A DNA stretch of 59,600 nucleotides, the filler included, from Streblomastix strix (Eukaryota), in the NCBI GenBank assembly GCA_008636045.1. It is 3 parts of 3 records of this genome, joined end to end, with 100 filler letters (N's around TTAATTAATTAA, not from the genome) between each part and the next. Parts side by side here need not be neighbours in the genome. Positions count along the whole stretch, not along the records: positions 1 to 19,809 come from SNRW01000485.1; positions 19,910 to 39,710 come from SNRW01000486.1; 1 more part is not named here. One strand, written 5' to 3'. Numbering within the stretch: the first letter of the stretch is position 1; each line of letters begins with the position of its first letter. Of the stretch, positions 13,601-27,123 are shown one piece after another. The notes beneath the pieces are model-generated. The model was not told the DNA's origin and did no database searches. It worked only from the letters and a program-made list of their open reading frames with translations. Both the position numbers and the translations under genes were made by a program.

Positions 13601-16600
13601 TGGTAATTATATGGGTATTATATTCTACAATAAAGTTGTTGACCTCAATCCGCTCAGTTTTGTGAGTGATGCAAATTGTCCATATCGAAACACAGGAAAG
13701 CGAGGATCAAACACCTGATCATTCATTCCGAATGTTGCTGTTGGTTCAGAACATGAAAAATAAACTCTACTTCTTCGATTGTAATTATCCCATGCAGCTC
13801 CATTGAGAACATATAATGGTTGAGGTAGTTAAATATCTTATTGGATGCGTTGAAGTTGATAAATTTATTGGTTCTTTAATACAATTTATGGACTATTAAA
13901 CAATTATTAGCCAAATTATTGATTTTTAAATTAATTTAAAAGCTCTGGAGGAATGTCGAATTATTGAGGGATAACTCCATTCGACGGACCAAAAATATAA
14001 CCAACTGGAGTAGCATTACTTGAACTTTACTAATTATTAGAATCAGGAATTTGAATGGGAACGGAATTATCTAAATTATTTTATACCAAAAAAGGCCAAA
14101 TTTAGGTTTCTTCTAATTATTGATTTTCATTCTAAGATGATGATTATTAACCTTATGAATTTCCTATTACAGTCTAATCTTTCATTTATTAAAATTCATT
14201 TTTATTTTGTGAATATAATTAATCGGTGTTAGTGTCTTAATTAGCTTAATGGAGCATCATTTTGACTTATTAGAATATATTAAGAAGATTTTCTGTCTTC
14301 ATCGTTTTGAGACGAAGTAAAATGAGCATTTTATGTCTCTCTTCAGCATCATATTCCATCCATTATTCGCAGATGTGGTCGGATTCTTATTCTTTTTATT
14401 AGCTTTATTAAAAGGTTGATTCTAATTACAATTTCATTCTTTCTAAATCATCAGGAAGTATATCAAGACCAATGAAAGTTTAACGAGTTGTACCCATTCG
14501 TGATAGATGTTAAAGGATTTAATAAACAATTTCTTGATTTTATTGATAATTATCTTATTAAAATTCATCTTCAGAATGATTTAAGAATTCATGATTTTAT
14601 CCTACTTATAAATTGTTCTAAGATTTTTGCAATTCAATTGCTTAGAGATTGGCTTCAAATATTGCATTTAATTCAGCTCTTGTTACAATCTTTGCACGAG
14701 AATGAAATGTGCGTGCATGATTATGGTGCGTATGAACTGCAAATATCCTTTTCTAAAAAGGAAACGAGTCTTTCCAAACTGAAACAGTTCCAGAAATTCC
14801 ACATTTATGATTGCATGGAATAAGTGGAGCATGTGGTGGAACAAAAGGTCGCAGAATAAATGGAAATGGAGAATTATTATTTTGAATTCGAAGTGTGCCA
14901 AATTCATACAATCCTTTAAGTTACTATTGAAAGATTGGCAATTCAGGTAAACATTTTAGCATAAAATACCTCAGTTTCTTATCATCTATTTATGTTAACT
15001 ATCTGCCTTGTTTTGGATGCAAATGCAATAAAGAGATTTATTTTGTAACATTTATTTATGGACTTACTCCATTTCGAAGTGGCAGAGATGAATTCAATCC
15101 TTATTATTGCTTTTATTAATTAGAAGCTAATTCCAATGAATTCTAATCAGTATCATTCAATTAATAAAATTTACCCCATCTATGACTCCACATTCCTCCT
15201 CCACCAAATGGAGCTGCATTTTCTTATTATTATATTTCCATTCTTTCTTGATTTTATTGTTATTATTATTTTGGTTATTATTATTCTCTTATTTCTTCTT
15301 TTTATTTCCAAATATGGTTAGTAAGTGTTTAAGTTGTGTCCAAAGCTTCTTCCATTTGTTCCACAAGACGAAATACACTTTGCTTACTTCTGAATGATTA
15401 TGAAAGTGGATGACGTCTGAGTCTATTAGCTTTGGAGTTCTGCTGATCAACAGAATTGTCAATGTTTTCTTCTTTCTTATTCCAAGTCTCAGCTGCATCA
15501 GCACAATCAAATATTACTCCTTCTTCTTCATCTTCATTCCCTGTTCCTGTTAATTAATAATTGATATTATCAGGTCTGTCGTTCACTTTAATATCTTATA
15601 TTGTTAATCTGAACTTTAAAAGACGAAGTAAAGCTCGGCATAAAGACATTTAAATATGACGTGATACTGATTTTAATTTTTCAGCAACAAAAGGTGATGC
15701 TTAATTATTTACAGATTCAACAACTGAATCATTTTCTCTTTCGGGGCCTCTCTATTGTGCATCAGTTTAAATACTACTACTTCTCTGAATCAATTATGTA
15801 ATATGAGAAGTTTAAATTGTTAAAGGAAGTATAGACTGAGTAATTGATCCATCATGTTACATCACATCATCTGGTATATTAAATGATTAACGCTAATCTG
15901 TACCAATTAATTTCTTTATTTATCCAGAGATCCATTGTTTAATCCTTTTTCTCATGGAATTTCTTACATCATCCTATTTAGACTACATTATCTTATTGAT
16001 TCCTGCTTCTCCTATGCTTGTAAGATATAAAATGTAGATTTCGTCAGGGAAAAATATTTGAAATATGTCCTAAATCATTGATTTTAATTTCTACAAATCT
16101 TAAACATTCTAAATATCTTTAATATGGTGAATACAATCTCTCTCAACTTTTAATATATATATAAATATTTCTCTCATTTAATACATATTTAATAATGAAT
16201 TTATTTGTTCTCTGTTTAAACCTTCAAGAAATCCACTTTAACTTGAAGGAGGAGGAGGAGGATGAAGAAGATTAGATTCAGTATATTGAGTAGATTGTGG
16301 TTAATAATACTAAGGAGAAGGTATAGTGAATAATGAAGGTTATTAAGGATTAGTAAATTATGGAGCTTGAGCTTGAGGTAAACTAATAGATGGTGATGTA
16401 AAAGGACTTGTGAAGAATGAAGCACGCTGTTGAGGAAGCATTGTTTGAGGAGGTTAAAGAAGATTTGAATTGTTTGTGCCAATTTATTAAGAATCAGATA
16501 AAATAGGTATTTAAGGAGAAGGAGATGTAGTACGAGGATTAAATACATTATTAGTTTATCTCTACTAATTAAAACGAGTACTTCTCCCTGCTCCATCAAT

Positions 16601-19600
16601 GCTGTCCAAAAGTTAATTTATTTCATCAAGATCATCATTTTAGAAATCAATATAATCTAAATTTTCTCTTTATATATTTGCATTGTTAAAAGCAACTCCT
16701 CTTAATGCAGAAGTCATTTATTACTATAATCCAGATGTTAATGAAGGAGAAGGTTGAGCATATTATAAATAATTGCTATTTGGACCAAATGAGATTGATG
16801 GACTGAATAATCTATTTCCATAGAAAGACTGAATAAGAGAACTTGAAGACGCTTCATTTGCTTATGGAGTATTTGGAGATGGAGAACGTTTATCAATGAT
16901 ATTATTTTGTTCAATGAAATTTTCTCTCAATTTATGCAATTTCAATTTAAGACGGTTTTCAAGGTCTAAAATATCTTCAGCAAAGTTACCAACAGTATTT
17001 TCCAATAGTTCATCGTGTTCGCCTACGTGAGCAACACTCATATGTATTGAAGTCTGTAAAAGAGCTCCACCACTTCCAGGACCTCCACCTGTGCCTTCCC
17101 ATTCAGCAATATTTGCCAGCTTCTTCAATCTTCCTTGTTCTACTAATGAAAGATCTTATTCAGCTTATTATCTACGAATTTATTTTCGGCTTAAATGCGA
17201 ATCTTTTCTGCTTTTCAATTTATTTTCCTTATTTGAAATCTGCTAAATTTTAGTCTTTGGTGTAAAAATATTCGTATTTGGGGTTATTTCTTAGTCAGTT
17301 AGTTCCCTGACTTCTTCTGAGTTGATTCTTCTATTTTCATGCAATATTCTTCCTCCAACAAATCTCTCCTTACCAATTCCCCACATTTCCCAGATACTCG
17401 TGTATGGTTCAACTTCAGAAGAATATACATTATCATATTTGTTATTATATTATTATTATAATTCTTGTCTCCTGCTTCTTCTGCGTTTAATAAAAATTCT
17501 TTCTTCTTCATCAGAATCTATTTCATTGTCTTCATTAATTTATTCTTCTTCTTCTTATGGTTGATATACGGGTTCTAATTGAGGTTCATAATCATCAGCT
17601 GGATTAATTATTGTTAATTATTATTTTCCTAAACTATCATGTGCAACTATTGATTGATGCATATCTCGTACAGCTTAGAGAGATGGGTATATAGAAAGAG
17701 TTAGAAGTCGAAGTGAAGTTACAAATGGCATCTCTTTAGGAACAATAATTTGATTTATTAAGCGTCTTCCTTGCATCATAACAACGTACATCTATCCTCT
17801 TAAATCAAGATTATCATCATTAGAAACTGTTTAATCGTCTTCATCTTTTTCCATTATTTTCATTGGCTTTTCTTTCTCTTTCTTCTTATTCTTTATTTTA
17901 TCCTTTTTTCTTATTATGTCTTTGGTGTTATCTTAAACATCAAACACATGAATCTTTCCTGGTACACAGATGACAAGTAGTGGAATGTCAGTTGTTTCTG
18001 GAATTTTTATTTCATTATTCACTTAAAAAAGTTCTTTCTTGTTTAATTCTTCAAATTTATATTCATTTTATTCACTTTATTAATCTAACAATAATCTATT
18101 TCTCTATTTTCGCTCATTCCCAGCATTTTGAAACAATCTTCTCCCCTCTTCAAATAAATCACTTAATTTTTTAATTAGACTTTCATTATCATTACAAATT
18201 ATTGGTGCAGTGTCATTATAAGTATTTTGTCCATACCTTAAAGGTTTGTAATAATCATCAATACCAACAAATGAGCTATATTCATGTGGTTACTATGAAG
18301 ATCTGAATTAAGAGTAACTGGCAGAACTTTAGCTTCGAAGGGGAGGAAACGATGGTTGATGTGGTGTTTAAGCTCCAAGAAGTTATGGATCAACAATTGG
18401 AGGTGGAGGAAGTTGATGTGTTGAAGCAAAAGGTGAGAAAGCAGGAAATAATTCGGTTTCTACTACATTTCTTTTAGAATTATAAGGAGGCCCTGGAGTT
18501 GGAGCTGGTTTATTTGATGTTGATGATACACCATTTCTATCTGTACTGGTTAATTTTTTGTCTGGTCTTTTAATTCTAACAGTGTAGCATATAAAATCCT
18601 CAGGTTACATTCTACTAGTTCGTCTTTCAGACATCACTGGATCATAATGTTAACAATAACGAATGTTCTTTTATTTTCTCTTATATCTTTTTTTCACATT
18701 TTTTTTGTTTTTGTACTATTAATCATCAGTTTCCTTTTCTTTATTTCTTACAATAGGATCTTCCACATAATCAGATGAATAGTAGGATGTTGATTCAAGA
18801 TCTGATAGATCGGGTTCTACGGGAAAAGATGTCATATCTTCAATGTCTGTTGCTTTCACAGGAAATTTTTCTAATTCTCTTTCAGGATGATTGGCTAATG
18901 CTTCTCCAATCGCCAATCTTGAATCTTTTGGTATCAAGGAACTAAAATCCTAAGTTTAAAATAAATTCAGCCTATTTGTTTGTGTTGAAACTAAATCTGA
19001 TGTAAATTATCCTACTGAAGAACTAGGAGATGAGTTTAAGGCGCGAGTTTAAAGAAATGAAGTAATTCCTCTTTTGCTTTTATCATCAGTATTGGAGAAA
19101 GTTTATGATGTAACCTTTGAATATAAAGGAATTGGTGTCCCCATGTGTCTGCGCCACCATCTGCGGGCCTGACTTGAATGTCTGATCTCATGAAGCACAC
19201 GAATCTTGAGTTGTAAGAATGTTTCATCCTTCCGTATAGCAAAGAATGCTCTGTAAGACATGGCATAATGAAGCCCATACTAAAGTGCTTTATCAGCAGC
19301 ATTCTATCCTCCCATTTTGATTACAGCTGCTCTATCATAAACAGGCGGAGTTGCACTTCGATCAATAGCTCGCATAACTTCAGTCCAACGTGCTCCTGTC
19401 ATTATTGATTCAACATCATCAAATATAAATGCTACATAAACACCAGGAATTTGGAAGATATTTGGTGGTGCAATTAGTTATGTTATATTTGTAGCTATAC
19501 TCGTTGCATCCTAAACATTTTATAAATTTTATTCGATTGAATTGGTAATTGTTGATTTAATTTAAGATTTTCTTAACATTTATTCTACACTGTTAAGAAT

Positions 19601-19809
19601 ATGTGTAAAAAGAAAATAAAAAAATAAGTTTAAATTTAAGAATAAAATAAATATAAATAAGATTAGTTATATTAAAGAATTATTATCAATAGTAGTTAAT
19701 CCAACAAGTTCAGCAATTGTAAGCGCTTTTAAATCATTGTCATTTAAGGTATTATGGCTAATATTATTGTTAGTGGATAATTAATTAATATTGTTTATTC
19801 CAAATATCT
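10617..19809 (-). CDS. Giant (>3,000 aa, 5'-truncated) PPP-family Ser/Thr protein phosphatase
   Basis: Motifs GDIHG (~13070-13087), GDYIDRG, RGNHD, MHGG, LWGDP, IR/AHE and VFSSDSY. One code-6 frame runs from the gap down to 11409 with no TGA seen. GT-AG intron at 11305-11408, stop TGA at 10617-10619. Confidence 0.85.
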
Positions 19810-19909
19810 NNNNNNNNNNNNNNNNNNNNNNNNNNNNNNNNNNNNNNNNNNNNTTAATTAATTAANNNNNNNNNNNNNNNNNNNNNNNNNNNNNNNNNNN
19901 NNNNNNNNN
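19810..19909. other. Artificial segment linker (N44-TTAATTAATTAA-N44)
   Basis: N runs flank a 12-mer that gives TAA in all six frames. Genes on either side are truncated and unrelated. Confidence 0.97.
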
Positions 19910-20813
19910 GATGGCTCAGGGAGATTGCGAGGGTTAAAACCCAAAATTGGATAACCTAATTAATTCAATAATAATCCCCAATGTCTAGACGCACAAAAAA
20001 TATGAATCCTTGCCAAGCATCTGAGATACATGAAGTCGATCAAAGACCAGCGCAAGGGAATAACGAAAATCCACTTAATTTGAGAGAAAGAACGGATGCT
20101 CCTGTTTAATCAAGACATTCTCGTAGGTAGAACAATTAGTATGCCCCAATATTCAATATTATTTACATCTTTCAACTATATATGTTGCTCATACCCTAAA
20201 TCCATCTGATCCAAAAAGAGTTTAACATTAAATCGAGCAAAATCGCAATGATTCTGCTGCTGTTGGAGCAGATGATGGAAACCATCACTCTACTCATTCT
20301 AATAGAGATTGCATCAAATAAACGAGATCAAGCCCTTCAAACAATAATTAAATTGGAGATTTCTTTAATGAAATAGATTTGGGTTTTTTAACTTCAAATG
20401 CTGAACAATAAGTTACAAGAAGCGCTCAAAACTCAATAATGCTGAATTCAAAGAGTTCAAATTCATCAAAAGTGAGTGGTTCATTCATTGAATTAACTTC
20501 AGAAGAATCAAGATGTCCCAATTCATCAAGTTCAACACCAACTTCAAATGGAAATCAGTAATCCGACTTTTCAAAAACTGCAACTGTTCCACCAATAAAA
20601 ATTACTTCTTACTAAGTTTAATCTTCTATTCCAAAATCATCTGATCAATTAAATAGTCCAAAATCATCTGATCTTGTAGCATAAAATGATCCAATGAAAG
20701 TTTTATATAAGGATCATTGGCTAAGAAGAATCTATTTAATAAAGAAAATCAGAACAGAAGGACGTATTCCGCTTTCCATTATCATTAAACATATATTGGT
20801 GAATAGAATATGA
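19910..20813 (+). CDS. Unknown Ser-rich protein, possibly 5'-partial; one probable intron (~20139-20218)
   Basis: Code-6 frame ending ...DHWLRRIYLIKKIRTEGRIPLSIIIKHILVNRI-TGA (20811-20813). Confidence 0.55.
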
Positions 20814-21128
20814 AATAATATAAACAGAACAAATGAAAAATAAATTCAATTGGAATAAATAATTTGATATACTAATGAATGAATATTATTTTCCGTATCA
20901 TTCAACATCACAAGGAAGATTATTTATTCATTTGATTTCACATATAAGAAATGATTTCTCACTTTCACAATCATTTTGATTTCTTTTTCTGTTTCGCTAT
21001 TCAATTCACTTGCACAACATATGCACTTGGAGAATAAATGTAAACCAAAATATCAAATTTTGATATTTACATATTTTTTGAATGAATTTATTTTTATTAA
21101 TTACAAAATGATTTTCATTTGTCCTTTT

Positions 21129-23506
21129 TCATTCTAGATTTTGATGAAGTTTTATTCCAATCATCTTCTTGTTCTTCTTCACTACTTGCATTTGAATCAT
21201 CATCAGAATTAATATCCTTCTTCATTTAATCTAATCTATTCTTCTTTTATTCATCTTCATCAATATCTTTCTCAGCTTCATTCTCTTATTTCAAACGTCT
21301 CAATACATTCAACTTCATTTTATCATCTTCTTTATCTATTCCTTCTTCATCATCTTCATCATCATCATATCCAAATTAATCTTCCTTTGCATTAATGTTG
21401 TTGATTAATGAGGCTGATTTTAAAAAATCTTCAGAAAATGCTTCGCTTTAATGTCCCCAAAGTTTCCATGTCCTGTCATTTGAACAAGATGCAATATAAC
21501 GATTATCTAAAGATTAAGTAAAAGAAAATAAAATTCAAAGAATCCATCAATAAAAATCACACTTCTTCCAATATCAGCTCCAAATATTATATCTCCATGT
21601 GTGGTTAATGTTTTAATACAAGTAAAACTATGAGCATTCCATATTTTAATGGTTCTATCATGTGATACACTAATTAAGAAATCTCCAAAATTAGGCTATA
21701 ATATACAATATAATATAAATAACAACGAAAGTATAAAATTAAGTATAATAAATGCAATATATCTAAAATAATTATAGTAAACCTCATGACGAACAGCAGA
21801 AACAAGAGCTGAATGAGCCAAAACTGTATCAATTGTTCTTCTTACACGAAGATCCCATATTCTGATTGCATTATCTCCTCCACCAGAAACAAGTAGATGA
21901 CTGTTCAATGTAAGTGGAGATGGTTATATTTATTACTATTATTATAATGATGATGATGATGATGATGAAGTGAATGATTATTATTATTATTGTATTTAAT
22001 CAGGTATTTATGATGGAGGTTGGACATCCTTACAAAATGAAAGTGAATATATTCCAGATACATGTCCAGAAAATACAGCTATTCTCTTTCCACTTCTTAA
22101 ATCCCATAAAAATATGTGCGAATCTAAACCTCTATAATATATATAATAACAATAAATTATATTAATATTTATAATACAATGAATAATCAATCATAAATCA
22201 CACCCAGTTGCTAATATAGATCCATCTGTATGAAGATCCATTGTGTGAACACATCCATCGTGGCCTTCCTACATAATGACATATGTAGGATCCTTAATTG
22301 TATTAGACTATTCTTATTATGATGAACTGGATTATGATTATTAACTTTTCTACGAATATTCAACATCCCACATTTTCCAGAAATAATCATATCCACACGT
22401 GAAAAGCAAATTGTGCAAATGAGGATGAAATTCAACTGCTCCAATTCTCTAAGTATGTGCTTAAAATAAACATAAGGGAGTATCTCTAAAAAATTAAATT
22501 AAGTTAAGATCATTATAAAATAATTAAAAAATAAAATAATAATAAAAATAAAAAAAAAATAAAAAATAACCTTGACAGTGAAAAAAGTCCAACTCTCCCA
22601 TTGGCATAAGCTGATGCAAATGAAAGTTCATTCACCTGTTATTATATACAAGCAAGCGGATGCCAACTAACAGCATGACAGAATGATTATGAATTTGCTG
22701 ATTAAATAAGAATATATGGAATTAATGAATTATTCAATGTAAGGATAATATGCATACTTTTATAAATACCAATTTCCTAACAAGATGGAATATTCCATAG
22801 TTTACAATTACCAGACCAACTTGATGTTAAAAGAAGCGAACTTTGTGCATCAGGTGAGAATCGGCATCCTTGAAGAGACCTTGTATCTCCAGCTTTACTT
22901 GCCAATGATGTGAAGTTCTTCAGTTTCTGGTATTTAGGAACACTTCTCTTAATTATTTCTTCAAAGAATGTTTAGTCTTCTAACTCTGAATCTGCTTTTG
23001 CTATTCTCATTCGTTGCTGTGTACTTTGTTAATCAAAATTATTATTGAGAGAAAATAAAAATAAATTTGAAAAATATGAAAAATAGAAAATTCTCACCGA
23101 ATAAAAGAGTTTTCAGCCAAATGAACTCTAACGTTTTTCAGCAACTGAGGATCGCTTGTACTGGTAGTATATATCTTTAAGATTGTAAATTATTAAAATT
23201 TTAAATATAAAATTTCATAATGAAAACAAACTTATGTTATGTCCTCCTTATCCTGCTTTTCAAATGGGAAATCGATTTTCTTTCCAGCATGTTTAGCTTT
23301 AATAATAAGTCCTTTGAGACGTTCTATTCTGTCAACAAACTAGAAAAGGTGGTTATATTTGAGATTATAATAAGTATATAAGAAAGATTTATACAAACCA
23401 TTTCTCCAAATAAAATCCATGGCTCACCAAAAAATCGAAGTGCATCTCTCACATGATCAGGATTAGTTGGAACTAAAATAGTACGCTCTTCCTCAACAGC
23501 TGCCAT
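21129..23506 (-). CDS. PRPF4: U4/U6 snRNP protein Prp4 (SFM domain + WD40 repeats); 8 introns
   Basis: N-terminal VPTNPDHVRDALRFFGEPWILFGE (Prp4 SFM motif). WD repeats TSSWSGNCKLWNIP, QEGH..VHTMDLHTDGSILATGGLD..LWDLRSG, GGDNAIRIWDLR and SNDRTWKLW. Acidic tail, TGA at 21129-21131. Confidence 0.9.
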
Positions 23507-23542
23507 TAAGTAGATTGATCTTTGAAAAATTATATGAGAAAA

Positions 23543-24290
23543 ATAAATATTTATAATGAATTAGAAAATAATCAGTGATATTCGAGAATGATTATTATTT
23601 TATTGGTTTAAACATAGGGATATTTTGAAAAATATCTAATATTTGTATCTTGTTTAAATTTGATTAAAATAGATAGTTAAATTGGCTAAATTTATAAAGT
23701 GATGATAATTTAAATAATTCATATATTCAAATTTTTCTTGTGGTATACAAAAAATGAAATTTAGTTAAAAATAAGTTCATTGCTATTTTCAAGAGATTAA
23801 AAATTAGAATTATTTGCCATTAAATACTGATGATATTGACATTGTAATATACAAATGTCTGAAGGTAATTTTATAGAATAATAAATTGTGGATATTGCAA
23901 AAAGCCGTTTACAAAAATAGAAATCTCTTCTCGCTGTAGATAGCTAGATGAATGTATTTATCAGTATAAATGATATATATGAGCTATTGTAACGAATATA
24001 AACCTTGTGTAGCAGAAAATATTTTGAGAGAAAGAGAGGACTGAGAATTGCCAATAAATATTCTTCTGATTTAGATTAACAAACAGGTATCAATTATTTT
24101 CTGTTTGCACTACTTTAATTTTGTCCCAATATATTATTTTTGTTTATTTTTGTTAATACTATTATGAAACACTAACCTACAGTTGCAAATTAAGTATTAC
24201 GCCAACAACAACATATTAATAATCATTAATATCTATATTATTTTTTCTTCTATCATTATATTCAAACTATAATAATTTTATTATTCTTTT
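23543..24290 (+). repeat. ~750-bp interspersed repeat, copy A (inverted relative to copy B)
   Basis: Colinear, high similarity to the reverse complement of 38810-39553; shared strings include GATATTGCAAAAAGCCGTTTACAAAAATAGAAAT and CTCGCTGTAGATAGCTAGATGAATGTATTTATCAGTATAAATGATATATA. Ends approximate. Confidence 0.9.
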
Positions 24291-24447
24291 CCCTAAAAAC
24301 ATCCCAGAATTAACTCTTGAATAATAATTAGTGTTTATTTACATTTTTTTTGTAGAGATTTTCCTGATTTTAATAATTTGATTTCATTTATTTTTATTCC
24401 TCTTACCATATTTTTTTATTGCATAACTTTTTATATAGTAGTTAGCT

Positions 24448-26997
24448 ATGTCACGAGAGAACGATGAAGACTCAAATTTTAAACGTCCTGCTCTTGTTCG
24501 AGCTGTTGTGAAGAGAGAGAATGAAGAAGATAGCATCAAGAATGTACATCCAAAATCAAAGAGTTAGATTGTTAATAGTATCAGAGAGAATGACCTTCCT
24601 AAAATCAGCAGTACCTCTAAAAGAGAAAATGATGCTGAATAAAAAGTAAAAATCAGACGAGAAAATGAAGATGATGGTATAAAGAATATTCATCCAATAG
24701 CAAAAAGTTAGATTATTAATATTGTCAGAGAGAATGACCTTCCTAAAGTTAGCAGTGCTATTAAAAGAGAAAATGATGCTGAATAAAGAATAAAAATTAA
24801 ACGAGAATAAGAAGATGAATAGGATAGTTCATAAATTGAGAATTAAAGAGAGAATGAAAGAAATAAAAATGGAGAGATCAAAAGAGATGAAAATGAAAAT
24901 TAAAGTTCAGAAATCAGAAGTTTAACTGGTTTTTCCAGTTAATCAAGGAGAGAGAATGATGAAGATAGTGATGAAGAAGCAGAATAATCAAATGAAATGA
25001 GCAAAGAGATCCATTAATAATTAATTGGCCTTGAAATTGATAGTTAGAAGCAAGAACGTGAGAGAATCAAATAATAGATGAAGAAGGTTAATGAATAAGA
25101 GCTCCTCGTACCTTTAGATAAATAAAGAGGGATTGATATCATCATGAAACAGATGGCATAAGAGAATTTATTGGAAGTATCTGATTAGGTATAGAGTGCA
25201 TAGAATGGAGAACCTGCAAAGAAGATCTTACTTCTGGATAATGTAACACCAGGATCAAAACCAAGTGAATGGTAATTGAATCCAGCTGTTGAATAACAAG
25301 CTTAAAAAGCTCATGTTACAAGGGATGCAATGCCAGAGATACTTGGTGGTCTATAAGGAGCAGATATTATGCGTAGTGAACCATTTGTTATTCCGCCTCA
25401 TTATGAAGTTGAAGATCTATTCTGGGATCGTGTAAAGTTAGATGCTCTTATTGTTGAGAGGAATTAACTACTTTCTGAGTCTTGGAATAAAGAAACTACA
25501 ATAAAACGTCTTGAATTCATATTAAATAGCAGGGTATACAAATATAATAATGATTTTATTTAGAAATTATTTTCTTACATTTAATTTTCATAGACTCGTG
25601 AGTTGCATACCTTGGAATAGAAAATGACTACTGAAAAAAATAGATAAAAAAATAATAATTTGCAAAAATTGGAGCAGATTAAGACATTAAAAGCCAAAGT
25701 TCAGTAGAATGAAGAAGAAAAAATAAAATTAGCACAAGCTTTGAAGTAGAAGGAAGAATTGGACAAAAATAATGAATCTGTAAATAATGGAGTTGAAAAT
25801 GCAATTATTTAGAATTTAGAGGAAAAATAAAGGGAATTTGCTGAAAAAGAAAAACAATACTAAAAACATGAATAAGATCTTAATGAAAGAATTAAATAAT
25901 TGGAGAATTAATTGAATGAAGAAAAAGAAAAAACTAAAATTAGATTAAATGATAAAGAAAAATCATTAGAAAATAATCAGAATAATTTAATTCAAGGATT
26001 ATAAAATAATTTAACTGATTCCAGTTAATCCTCTTCACAATTATCAACACCGTCCCTGTCATTAGAGTAATAGATTCCTCCTGATTAAATAGAATCAATA
26101 TTAAGTAGTACATTGAGTTAGATTAATATACTTGCTCACACACAAGAAAAAGATACAATTCGTATCATACACAAACTCAATTGCATTGTAAAAGATATTA
26201 GTTAGGATCACCATTCACCTAATATTAATTCTTAACAAAACGATCAAATATAATTTGGAAATTTAACGCCATTATAAGAAAATGATGGTCATCAAAATAA
26301 TATTGTGAACAATGAAAATAATCTTAAATTTAATGAGAAAGAGAAAGAAATTGATTAATTGAAAGTAGTGAAAAAATCTCCTTTCTTTTCAAACCCAAAA
26401 TCAACAACTGTTTAATCAGATTCTAAGTTGTAGATAAAGAAAAAATATCCAGAGAATGAAAAATAAGAAACACAGAGTGATATGTTATTAAAAGGTTCTC
26501 AATCTCCTTTACCTCTTTCACCATCTCCTGTAAAGGCATAGTAACCCAGTACTCTGTCTTATTAATCAATTAAATTGAAATAATAATAATTATTATAACC
26601 TACCGCACAAAACTTGAATTTGAATTAACCGTCTCCTAAGCAACCTTTACCAAAATTGGAAGGACATGTTGTTAAATAAATTGTTGCTTACCGAAACAAA
26701 TCATCAAAGGACTTAGATGATAAAGAAGACAACCACTTATTGGATTAGAAAGGAATTGGATAATAAGAAAGTAAAAAAGGTATTAATGAAAAGGATCTTA
26801 AAAAGGATATTGGAAAAGGAAATTCGCCTGCTGTAGGACCTGAGCAGGTAACAATCTTATAAGGAAATGTCAAGAAGAAGTCGCGTATTGAGTTGCCATC
26901 AAATCAAAACAGCCTAAAAATTAATGGAAGTAATGGAGCGCATACCAATACGTCAGAAGCAAATGAATTGAATGCAGCAAAAGGGAAGAAGAAGTGA
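24448..26997 (+). CDS. Unknown coiled-coil protein with N-terminal REND/RENE repeats; one 60-nt intron (25534-25593)
   Basis: MSRENDEDSNFKRP... continuous code-6 frame to TGA at 26995-26997. E/K/Q-rich middle region. Confidence 0.8.
24511..24810 (+). repeat. 144-bp (48-aa) coding tandem duplication
   Basis: KRENEEDSIKNVHPKSKSQIVNSIRENDLPKISSTSKRENDAEQKVKI is followed by RRENEDDGIKNIHPIAKSQIINIVRENDLPKVSSAIKRENDAEQRIKI. Confidence 0.85.
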
Positions 26998-27123
26998 TCT
27001 ATATAATTCAATAAAAATATTTAATTTGTTAAACTCCAAAATTTTGAAAGAAGATTTTTATTTTTTTTATTTTATGATATAAATTACAAGTTAATTTTTA
27101 AAGTACAAAATTTTCCCTATAAA

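Noticed and set aside
19854..19865. TTAATTAATTAA palindromes between N runs (also 39755-39766)
   Set aside because: Artificial six-frame-stop linker; adjacency across it has no biological meaning.
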